Virus record (IMG/VR): IMGVR_UViG_3300012952_000001
Location: 1 to 57,225 of that record
Origin: a virus
Taxonomy: Duplodnaviria; Caudoviricetes
DNA length: 57,225 nt
Strand: one strand, 5' to 3'
Part shown: piece by piece, positions 50,138 to 57,225 of the stretch
How the letters are laid out: each line of letters begins with the position of its first letter
How positions within the stretch are numbered: position 1 is the stretch's first letter
Translations under genes and position numbers: made by a program
The notes under the pieces: model-generated
The model's database searches: none
What the model saw: the letters and a program-made list of their open reading frames with translations, nothing else
Told to the model about the DNA's origin: nothing

Positions 50138-50644
50138 TTAGTTGGGGTTAAACCACGAGGGTTTGTCTCTACCATTGTTATACCTAGCAAATCTAGCTTT
50201 GTCAACAATATAAAATTGTCGGTAGGCTTTCAATGGATAGAATTCGTCAGTCTTTAGTTCATCAAGACCACTAAAACATTGTGGGTGTCTAGTTGTACCA
50301 CCTGCACGAGACCACGGCATATACATCCTAGCAGTTAATAACACATCTTGATGTTTACTAGCGCCATGAATTTTACCGTATCTATTTGTATACTCCTGTA
50401 GCATAGCATGATATAATTGCCAAGCAAATGTGTAGTTTGACCTATTGCGTTTTGCCCACAGTGTACATGGGTGTTTTTGATGCACTGGTCTATACAGATT
50501 ATGTTCTTCTGCATAATTGGGTGCATGATGCCACACAGCAGTGCATAGCATTTGCGCTTCTTCTAGTGGCATCTTAACTATATGTTGGTCACATAAAGAT
50601 TCAGCAATCTTTTGTGGTGTATCTTCTATAAGAAATCTATTCAT
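50138..50644 (-). CDS. Pyrimidine-dimer DNA glycosylase (DenV-like family)
   Basis: D.HIVKM.LE.AQML..HPCT.W...EY..RYGK.H...AYR.FY. Confidence 0.75.
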   Translation of the reverse strand: MNRFLIEDTPQKIAESLCDQHIVKMPLEEAQMLCTAVWHHAPNYAEEHNLYRPVHQKHPCTLWAKRNRSNYTFAWQLYHAMLQEYTNRYGKIHGASKHQDVLLTARMYMPWSRAGGTTRHPQCFSGLDELKTDEFYPLKAYRQFYIVDKARFARYNNGRDKPSWFNPN

Positions 50645-50948
50645 GCTCTCCTCCATTACCTCTACCTAGACCTCTCTCTTTGTACCAATGGTCAAAGTAA
50701 GTAGACCTACGCTTTGATATTTCAAACACAGCCACAGTCATAACTATGGCAAATATTAAGATTAGATGAACAATGGCAGTAAAACCAAATATCCACATAC
50801 TACCTACCCACATAGAAAATGCTACGCACCACATCCATGCAAGTAGTTGCATAACCATATGTCTAACATGTAAGTCCTGTATATTACTCAATGGATTACG
50901 TTCATAGTTCATCACTGTTTCCCAACAATCATATATAAATTTATTCAT
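50637..50948 (-). CDS. Two-TM membrane protein
   Basis: NPL..I.D...RH..MQ.LAWMWC plus hydrophobic helices. Confidence 0.7.
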   Translation of the reverse strand: MNKFIYDCWETVMNYERNPLSNIQDLHVRHMVMQLLAWMWCVAFSMWVGSMWIFGFTAIVHLILIFAIVMTVAVFEISKRRSTYFDHWYKERGLGRGNGGEHE

Positions 50949-51255
50949 ACATTGCTTCTCCATTTTTATTAAATTTAATTTTACTGTTATTTATACCTGT
51001 TATAATAACATCTGTGTGTGTATGACCCATAGCATGACCTATACCATGTCCTATATCATGTTGTTTTACATGACCATCTAGATAAACTACCTCTCCTCTG
51101 ATACCATGTATTGCCCAACCTTTCATATATTTTATGTGTGCATCTATGGCTTCTTCTAATGTGTTACCTTGAACATATTCAACTCTAGTTATTGGGTCAT
51201 TTAGAACTGAATCATATCTACTATTAGCAACGTAGACTACTGTGTATTTATTCAT
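50941..51255 (-). CDS. Hypothetical protein with His/Gly repeats
   Basis: HDIGHGIGHAMGH; overlaps both neighbours. Confidence 0.6.
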   Translation of the reverse strand: MNKYTVVYVANSRYDSVLNDPITRVEYVQGNTLEEAIDAHIKYMKGWAIHGIRGEVVYLDGHVKQHDIGHGIGHAMGHTHTDVIITGINNSKIKFNKNGEAMYE

Positions 51256-51682
51256 AATTAATATCCCATCTATAGAAGATATGGTCTTCTATTCTAGTTA
51301 TATAAGTTTTAGTACTCGCCCACTCAGGTGTTACATAGTATGCATGGTAATGCGTAGCACCCTCTACGAAGTCGTCCAGGTTGCCATAATACACACCATT
51401 AGCTACATTAATGGCTGTGTCCCATGCATGTGGCTCTTTCGGTGCATCACTTTTACCATCACAATACCAACTAAATTGGCAACGATTGCGGATTGGAAAG
51501 TCAGGTTTCCATGAATATGTTGGACCTTGCTCTACAACCTCGCACACTGTGTCAGGGTATCTTTCGTCTTTCACTCTATTCATTACCACTTGGGCAACAG
51601 CTATCTGTCCAATTAAGGGCTGATTCTTTGCTTCATGGTACACGTTAAGTGCAAGACATAATATTGCTTCAGCTATTAGCAT
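51248..51682 (-). CDS. Cell wall hydrolase, SleB / Hydrolase_2 family
   Basis: CLALNVYHEA, VA.VV.NRV, CQFSW, GATHYH, HIFY. Confidence 0.9.
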   Translation of the reverse strand: MLIAEAILCLALNVYHEAKNQPLIGQIAVAQVVMNRVKDERYPDTVCEVVEQGPTYSWKPDFPIRNRCQFSWYCDGKSDAPKEPHAWDTAINVANGVYYGNLDDFVEGATHYHAYYVTPEWASTKTYITRIEDHIFYRWDINYE

Positions 51683-51697
51683 TTACTTCTCCTTTCA

Positions 51698-52702
51698 TTA
51701 TAAGTAACATCTAAGTTTTTCATCTAAATCGCCTGTGCCATCATAGTATTTATCCTCTATGTGCCTAATAATCTCGGCATCGGATATGTGACCACCCAAA
51801 GCCTCACGTAATAGGTTGGCTGTGATGTCAGGGTAGTCGGCTATGGTCTCGGTCAGCATGTCGTCATACGTACCATAACCTTTGTATTTGTTTGGACCGA
51901 TAGACCAATAGTTACTATACTCAGCCACTGTTGGGTCACGTTTAGCAGGTAGCTTGGCAAACTCATTACCATACTCACACATATAACTACACAGTGATAT
52001 AGCATGAGGTATGTCCTGATACTCTTTGCCTGTATGCTGATTAAAGTAACCCACCGAGATATTAGTACACTCGGATATAATACCTGCATAGTTATCTGTA
52101 TCAGTAAACGAACCTGTTTGGTCTAGTTTATAGAAATACACATCTTGCAATAGATTAGCAAGAGCATTGCCAAAGGTATCCGAACAGCATCGCATACCAC
52201 CTTGATGGGTGATAACACTATCTTGCCCATACCTATCAAAGGCAATAGCTATGTCAATACATTCTATCAGCTCAGGTGTTTCATCTCTAATATAACTAGA
52301 GCCTATACCACCACACTCTTCTTCTCGGTGAAAGATATACAAGCCCTCTATACCATGACGTATCATATTCATCATAATCCATACACCAGTACCACAATCA
52401 GCACCCAAAGGTTTACCATCAGTCTTAAATATCTTGGTAGGACTATTAGAGCCATCAAGAGTAATAGTCTGTCGGTATTTGCTTTTACTATTATGCACAG
52501 TATCAGTATGGCACGACCACATAATAGTAGGGCTGTTGCCAATCGTCTTGTACAGATTACCTGCCTTGTCTTCTCTAACACCCAAAGGTCGAATGTATTT
52601 ATTTATCATTTTACGTTCACCTTTACTGTTAGCTGAACGGCAGTAGTTCAGTATGTCGTAGAGTTCTTTGATGTCTACCCTACTAGACTTTTTAAGTTGC
52701 AT
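51698..52702 (-). CDS. M28/M20-family Zn peptidase
   Basis: HTDTV, LGAD, EE.G..GS, FDR, N.SVGY..H. Confidence 0.85.
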   Translation of the reverse strand: MQLKKSSRVDIKELYDILNYCRSANSKGERKMINKYIRPLGVREDKAGNLYKTIGNSPTIMWSCHTDTVHNSKSKYRQTITLDGSNSPTKIFKTDGKPLGADCGTGVWIMMNMIRHGIEGLYIFHREEECGGIGSSYIRDETPELIECIDIAIAFDRYGQDSVITHQGGMRCCSDTFGNALANLLQDVYFYKLDQTGSFTDTDNYAGIISECTNISVGYFNQHTGKEYQDIPHAISLCSYMCEYGNEFAKLPAKRDPTVAEYSNYWSIGPNKYKGYGTYDDMLTETIADYPDITANLLREALGGHISDAEIIRHIEDKYYDGTGDLDEKLRCYL

Positions 52703-53933
52703 TATTGTTTTGCTCCTGTTCTAATTGTAATTGTTCATTATGTTTATCTGCTTCAACTTCTTTCTCATGTTCTGCGTTGCAGTCTTCACACCTACACATC
52801 TCGTCCTCTTCAGAGTAAGTACCCTCTTCAAACCATTGGTCACAGCTCTCACAGTAGTAGTGATTATCTGTACAACAATCACATACCCATATAGAATCTG
52901 TACCACGTTCGGTACGAGTAAGGTATCGCTTTGTCTTGGGGTCTTGCTCTGTAGTCGTTATAGTTCGAGTAAAGAACCGAATGACTTCTCTCATATTATC
53001 ATTATGCACTACTTCATTACACTCTTCACACGTCATAAAGCTATTCTCATAACAAGACCAACATATATCACCTGTGCCATCGACGTATATAGAGTCGTCG
53101 CCCTCGCATTGAGACTCTTCACACCAAGCACACCACCAACCACATTCTTCATGCAGTCCGTGTGTATACTGAGCGCAGTAGTCATAGCTATGCGACATGG
53201 TAAAATGGTCTCTGTCACTAGAATACCTAACACCATACTCATTATCTAAGTACGGCATAATATAGCCGTCAGGGTTGTCATTACACCTAACTAATTTAAC
53301 CTTAGCACCCTCGAAGTCATCGCCCTTGTCAGGTTTGTAACCACTCTTGTCAAGTATAGATTTAAGCCTAGCAACATCACCATAGATAGTGCTATACACC
53401 TTTTTCTTGAGATATACTAATGCCCTACCTCTAGGTTTAGCCAAGCCACCAATATAGGCAATGCCTAAATCTCCAGACCCATACACAACGGTAGGGTGTT
53501 GAGAACTAGAGAAGTGGCTAGTATCATGCGACATACATGAATTAGGTCCATTTGTATAGACCTGCACAATATCTTTAGATGTCGTCGCTATCTCTAACTC
53601 ACCTGTATCGAAGCAGGCATTGTGAGATTCTACTACCTCACGTATCCTGTCCTCAGTCAGCCCTTTAGTGAACCGATTGAGATACCTACCAACTTTGATA
53701 GGTGTTTGTCTGTCAGCATGACCCTTAGCAGAGTTCTCTGTGTATGCTAACATAGATGGATTATTGAGAGATACGTGGACAAAATGGTTGTCGGTGTCAG
53801 GTCGTATAAAAGCACCTAGCACATCATCAAAACCATCATCAAACCAAATAGGTTTAGAATACTCATTATTTAAAAACCTATCACGTTCTCGCTCAATCCA
53901 TACTGAGTCGTCATTGTCACAACTACTACACAT
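52692..53933 (-). CDS. Protein with SCM-motif domain and C-terminal CxxC repeats
   Basis: GPNSCM, GRALV, PYLD, then about six CxxC pairs. Confidence 0.7.
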   Translation of the reverse strand: MCSSCDNDDSVWIERERDRFLNNEYSKPIWFDDGFDDVLGAFIRPDTDNHFVHVSLNNPSMLAYTENSAKGHADRQTPIKVGRYLNRFTKGLTEDRIREVVESHNACFDTGELEIATTSKDIVQVYTNGPNSCMSHDTSHFSSSQHPTVVYGSGDLGIAYIGGLAKPRGRALVYLKKKVYSTIYGDVARLKSILDKSGYKPDKGDDFEGAKVKLVRCNDNPDGYIMPYLDNEYGVRYSSDRDHFTMSHSYDYCAQYTHGLHEECGWWCAWCEESQCEGDDSIYVDGTGDICWSCYENSFMTCEECNEVVHNDNMREVIRFFTRTITTTEQDPKTKRYLTRTERGTDSIWVCDCCTDNHYYCESCDQWFEEGTYSEEDEMCRCEDCNAEHEKEVEADKHNEQLQLEQEQNNNAT

Positions 53934-53947
53934 AATAACCTCCTTGT

Positions 53948-54118
53948 TTAAGTAGTTTGTCCATAAAGTAAGGCTCGTTCCTGTCGCTTATACTTTATCT
54001 TGCGACGTACTTGCCTTTGCGATTTGTGGTAATCCCTAGCCTTTGGGCTACCACTATGTTTAATCCTAATCTTTTCAAAGACTGGACTAACCATCATCTT
54101 TTCTATGTTCTTTGACAT
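53948..54118 (-). CDS. 56-aa basic protein (not in ORF track)
   Basis: AAGGAG RBS; MSKNIEKMMVSPVFEKIRIK... Confidence 0.6.
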   Translation of the reverse strand: MSKNIEKMMVSPVFEKIRIKHSGSPKARDYHKSQRQVRRKIKYKRQERALLYGQTT

Positions 54119-54251
54119 ATTTATCTTTCTCCTTAGCTCTATTGAATGAGCCTTTGCCCTTTTTAGAGGGAACTATCTGTTGCCGTCTCCTACTATTAAG
54201 CAGGGCTTTGGCTATAGGATTTACTATATTATTTATACCAAATTTGCTCAT
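54087..54251 (-). CDS. ArfA-like alternative ribosome-rescue factor (54 aa, not in ORF track)
   Basis: NPIAKALLNSRRRQQIVPSKKGKGSFNR; GAGGGAG RBS. Confidence 0.7.
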   Translation of the reverse strand: MSKFGINNIVNPIAKALLNSRRRQQIVPSKKGKGSFNRAKEKDKYVKEHRKDDG

Positions 54252-54260
54252 GGCTGTCAA
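54232..54260 (-). promoter_or_regulatory. sigma70-type promoter
   Basis: Minus strand TTGACA-17 bp-TATAAA. Confidence 0.55.
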
Positions 54261-54276
54261 GCTCCCTCTAAAATTA

Positions 54277-54293
54277 TTATGCGCGACGCATAA
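54277..54293. promoter_or_regulatory. 17-bp palindrome, copy 1
   Basis: TTATGCGC-G-ACGCATAA. Confidence 0.65.
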
Positions 54294-54295
54294 AA

Positions 54296-54616
54296 CTAGG
54301 CTACTCTTTTCTTAGCTTTCGCTAGTCTACCAAAGTTTTTATTCACCTTAGCACCAAGACTAAGTTGAAGAGTACAAGCATCAATCTCCTTAGTCAGGAT
54401 TATATTGAAGTTTTTAGGTGCAGACACATTAATCTGCGTACCGTAGGCAGTCTTCTCAACTCTAGCCTTTGTAAGAGCCTTGTTAAGAAAAGCAGTCACC
54501 TTGTTAAACTTGCGACCATAAGCCTTTTGGTAGACAACCTTTAACTTGTCTAACTTAATTCGGTTTTGGTCAGTAAAACAGGCAAGGTGTTTACCTGTGT
54601 TGTATAAATAAGCCAT
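54296..54616 (-). CDS. Early hypothetical protein
   Basis: AGGAG RBS; basic 106 aa. Confidence 0.7.
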   Translation of the reverse strand: MAYLYNTGKHLACFTDQNRIKLDKLKVVYQKAYGRKFNKVTAFLNKALTKARVEKTAYGTQINVSAPKNFNIILTKEIDACTLQLSLGAKVNKNFGRLAKAKKRVA

Positions 54617-54648
54617 TCGTCAATCTCCTATGGCATAACACACCTGAA

Positions 54649-54738
54649 CTATTTCAGGCGATTCTTATAATCGTTGATGCACCAGTTAGTACATACTACG
54701 ATAAAAACTATAAATATTAAATGTAATAATATAAGCAT
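54649..54738 (-). CDS. 29-aa hydrophobic peptide (not in ORF track)
   Basis: GGAG RBS; MLILLHLIFIVFIVVCTNWCINDYKNRLK. Confidence 0.4.
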   Translation of the reverse strand: MLILLHLIFIVFIVVCTNWCINDYKNRLK

Positions 54739-54740
54739 TG

Positions 54741-54839
54741 TTAAACTCCAATATTCATAAATACATCATACAAAATTAAACAAGCACTACAAAAAGCAAA
54801 TGCAAACAGCACAAGCAAGGTGATAATAAAATACCTCAT
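54741..54839 (-). CDS. 32-aa hydrophobic peptide (not in ORF track)
   Basis: TAATG coupling; MRYFIITLLVLFAFAFCSACLILYDVFMNIGV. Confidence 0.45.
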   Translation of the reverse strand: MRYFIITLLVLFAFAFCSACLILYDVFMNIGV

Positions 54840-55036
54840 TATACAAATCTCCTTCCATCATTCATTATTTCATCAATAGTTCTAAGCCTTTGTGCTTTAT
54901 TCCTTTGCTCCTCAGCCATTTCTAATGTTACTCTTAAACCACAAGGTGAACATCTAGCTATACCATCAATTATAACTGTTTTTTGCCTGGTGCAATTTTT
55001 GCAATTAGCATCAACTTCATAACATTTATTACACAT
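54839..55036 (-). CDS. Small Zn-ribbon-like protein
   Basis: Three CxxC pairs; GGAGG RBS. Confidence 0.65.
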   Translation of the reverse strand: MCNKCYEVDANCKNCTRQKTVIIDGIARCSPCGLRVTLEMAEEQRNKAQRLRTIDEIMNDGRRFV

Positions 55037-55250
55037 TTAATCCTCCATTGCCTATTCTTTCAATAGCTATACCATCAGGGAATCTTTTATAAACTCCCTT
55101 ACAATACCTATCTACTAACTCTTCAAAAATTACATAACGCTCAGCAGAATTTGAACCATAGTATTTTTTATAATCTTTATTCATTATTCCCAAAGTTGTA
55201 ACTGAGCATCTCTTTACATATGCTTTTAATTCGTCAATCTTATTAGTCAT
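55029..55250 (-). CDS. Early hypothetical protein
   Basis: GGAGG RBS. Confidence 0.65.
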   Translation of the reverse strand: MTNKIDELKAYVKRCSVTTLGIMNKDYKKYYGSNSAERYVIFEELVDRYCKGVYKRFPDGIAIERIGNGGLNV

Positions 55251-55493
55251 TTAATCCTCCATTTTTAGAAAGTCATTAATTAAATCATCAGTGATACGGT
55301 GCAGAGCTTGACGTTCTCTAACGTGTACCATCAATGGGTGAGTTTCGCCAATTCGATATAGATAATTTTCTTTTTCTAAGTAATCGCCTTGACCTCCTAG
55401 CTTACCTGTAGGGCTAGTAGTATAGTTGGCTTTATCAACAGTATCACTATAAACAAGCCGTATTTTATAGTCTGTATAATCGTTATTGCTCAA
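55251..55493 (-). CDS. Early hypothetical protein
   Basis: AGGAG RBS, TTG start. Confidence 0.6.
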   Translation of the reverse strand: MSNNDYTDYKIRLVYSDTVDKANYTTSPTGKLGGQGDYLEKENYLYRIGETHPLMVHVRERQALHRITDDLINDFLKMED

Positions 55494-55494
55494 A

Positions 55495-55689
55495 TTAATC
55501 TCCTGAAATAGTATTATTTAATTTAGTCATTAGTGAATTAAGTTGCTTTAAAGCTCGATTATTCATAGAACTACCATCATTTATCATTTCTCTAATTAAA
55601 AGTAATTCATCTCTTTTTATATTATACCAAGTTTTTTTAATATTGTTTAACTTGTCATAATTAGATTTATTTAATTTAGTATAATCCAT
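55495..55689 (-). CDS. Early hypothetical protein
   Basis: GGAG RBS. Confidence 0.6.
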   Translation of the reverse strand: MDYTKLNKSNYDKLNNIKKTWYNIKRDELLLIREMINDGSSMNNRALKQLNSLMTKLNNTISGD

Positions 55690-55706
55690 TTAATGCTCCG
55701 TAACTA

Positions 55707-55723
55707 TTATGCGTTACGCATAA
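55707..55723. promoter_or_regulatory. 17-bp palindrome, copy 2 (perfect)
   Basis: TTATGCGT-T-ACGCATAA. Confidence 0.7.
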
Positions 55724-55766
55724 TTCTTTAATTAGTAATAGTTTTAAGTAATTCTTCATTGTTATT

Positions 55767-55796
55767 AATATATCACAAATATATAGGTGTTGTCAA
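55767..55796 (-). promoter_or_regulatory. sigma70-type early promoter
   Basis: Minus strand TTGACA-18 bp-TATATT with TG extension. Confidence 0.55.
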
Positions 55797-55896
55797 ATTT
55801 ATGACAATAAAATATCACAGTTGCACCAATGCCTTTAAAACCAGTATCGCTGCCCCACTACTATCATTAAGTACTATCATTTTGGTGCAACAATTT

Positions 55897-55913
55897 TTAT
55901 TCGCTACGCATAA
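55897..55913. promoter_or_regulatory. 17-bp palindrome, copy 3 (degenerate)
   Basis: TTATTCGC-T-ACGCATAA. Confidence 0.55.
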
Positions 55914-56025
55914 TTTTTTTACTGGAAATTTTTTTGGCTGCAGCATCGGAAAATTTGTCCAGTCCTATCGCCCTAGCACTATCGCCCTAACACTACTATC
56001 ATAATTTTGTTAGCAAAATTTAGAC

Positions 56026-56061
56026 AAAAAAATAGCCCTAGCAAAATTAATTGCTAGAGCT
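56026..56061 (-). terminator. Rho-independent terminator
   Basis: Minus strand AGCTCTAGCAA-loop-TTGCTAGGGCT plus T tract, after the 229-aa gene. Confidence 0.75.
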
Positions 56062-56082
56062 TTTTAAATTATTTAGTTTTAT

Positions 56083-56772
56083 TTATTTTGCAATAACTGA
56101 TTTAGTTGCTACCTTGTCAGCTATTCTTTGATTATATTCTTGATACTGTTTAATATCAAAGCCGTTAACATCTAATAATTTTTTAAGGTATTTTTCAACT
56201 TGGTTTTTAATATCTTTAATATCCAAATCATTAGGTAATTCAAAACTTGTCAAGTCATCTTCTGACTTTTCAATTTCTGAATTAGCTTTTTTAACTAGGT
56301 TTTTTACACCTTGTTCAGCGTTAGCAACTTTTTTAGCATCTTTTTCAATACCATAAATCGCTTTATTATCCATCATTGTCGTAATAGCTGTATGATTATA
56401 ATGCAAAGCTAATTCCTGAATTTTAGAAATTGGTAAATTACATTTAGTAAAAAACGTATGAATTTTTGATACTAGAGTTTGGTTAACATTGTATTCCATT
56501 TCAAAACTACCATCTTTTTTTGTAGATACGATTTTTCTATATCCTATGCTATCGTCAAATAGTTGAGTTGCAACTTGTTTATTTTTTAGCTTATTTTTTT
56601 TCAAGTATTCTTTATCGTCATATTTAGAAATTTCTTTAGCTCTAAAATTCATATTATTTTTTATTTCTAAATAGAACGGCAAGTTATCAGCAAAACTTTT
56701 AGCTTGTTCTTTTTCAATAGTATTTAATTTAGTAAAATCATTAGCAATTTTTTTAGTATTTAATTGTGTCAT
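56083..56772 (-). CDS. First early gene, hypothetical protein
   Basis: AGGAG RBS; 229 aa; followed by its own terminator. Confidence 0.75.
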   Translation of the reverse strand: MTQLNTKKIANDFTKLNTIEKEQAKSFADNLPFYLEIKNNMNFRAKEISKYDDKEYLKKNKLKNKQVATQLFDDSIGYRKIVSTKKDGSFEMEYNVNQTLVSKIHTFFTKCNLPISKIQELALHYNHTAITTMMDNKAIYGIEKDAKKVANAEQGVKNLVKKANSEIEKSEDDLTSFELPNDLDIKDIKNQVEKYLKKLLDVNGFDIKQYQEYNQRIADKVATKSVIAK

Positions 56773-56921
56773 TTTTTATCTCCTATATGACTTGTCAATA
56801 TTTTGACGATTAAAGTTATAAGACAATATGTCTTAATATCTATTCTAAACTAAAAATTAAGCATTGTCTATTTTTTTAACTGTTTTATACAAATTAAATT
56901 TTAATACTTGGTCTTTAATTA

Positions 56922-56938
56922 TTATGCGTAACGCATAA
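56922..56938. promoter_or_regulatory. 17-bp palindrome, copy 4 (perfect)
   Basis: TTATGCGT-A-ACGCATAA. Confidence 0.7.
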
Positions 56939-57102
56939 AACTTTACTAGGTATATATTGCGTAAAAGTATTTTATGCAACGCCATTGCATTTTGTGTAAT
57001 TTCTGAAAAGTCAGGCGGCGACCACATCAATAAAAATAACAACTGATAATATAACAGCTATCAACAACAGCTATAATTTAAATATAGCTTTAAATAAGGT
57101 GA

Positions 57103-57225
57103 ATAATGTTTTTTTATTTCTTAAAAACAGGAAGACAATAGTAATATGTCGAGTAGACCATAATAAAACTTTGGTTTGGTGCATACAGGCAAGTGCCACT
57201 AGGGGGGTATACGATACGTATATAC
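57103..57225. repeat. Direct terminal repeat, right copy (123 bp)
   Basis: Identical to 1-123. Confidence 0.95.

Noticed and set aside
54112-54315. + strand 67-aa ORF
   Set aside because: Antisense shadow of the ArfA-like ORF, in a region where all supported genes are on the minus strand.
55840-56002. Mini CRISPR array
   Set aside because: The repeats are only about 11 bp, irregularly spaced, and there are no cas genes.
54277-56938. CGCATAA half-sites as Xer/dif-like recombination sites
   Set aside because: The arms are in the wrong orientation, and no 6-bp spacer plus TTATG-type second arm follows any copy.
1-57225. tRNA genes, a phage RNA polymerase, or a reverse transcriptase / diversity-generating retroelement
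   Set aside because: No cloverleaf or T-loop signature in the intergenic gaps, no RNAP or RT motifs, and no template/variable repeat pair seen. tRNAscan-SE was not run.

Overview
The window looks like a complete ~57 kb AT-rich podovirus genome of the HMO-2011 type (marine phages known from SAR116 and Roseobacter hosts). The first 123 nt are repeated exactly at 57103-57225. The + arm (1-36772) holds small basic and lysis genes, terminase, portal, scaffold, major capsid, fibres, tail tubular proteins and putative ejection proteins. The - arm (36774-56772) holds early genes, an M28 peptidase, a SleB-like hydrolase, a UV glycosylase, DUF932, a tyrosine integrase, a PAPS-reductase-like protein, primase, helicase, family A DNA polymerase with a DnaJ-type Zn-finger insert, SSB, nucleases, class II RNR and MazG. 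I found no RNA polymerase, tRNA or CRISPR array. The most interesting signals outside the ORF track are: an uncalled ArfA-like ribosome-rescue ORF (54087-54251, -); a hydrophobic-x-x-G-G peptide motif shared by small basic and putative internal virion proteins, with a candidate processing protein between portal and scaffold; structured RNA leaders before the scaffold and capsid genes; four 17-bp palindromes in the early region; a variant promoter class; and apparent GATC avoidance. All family calls come from motif recognition by eye, not from database searches.
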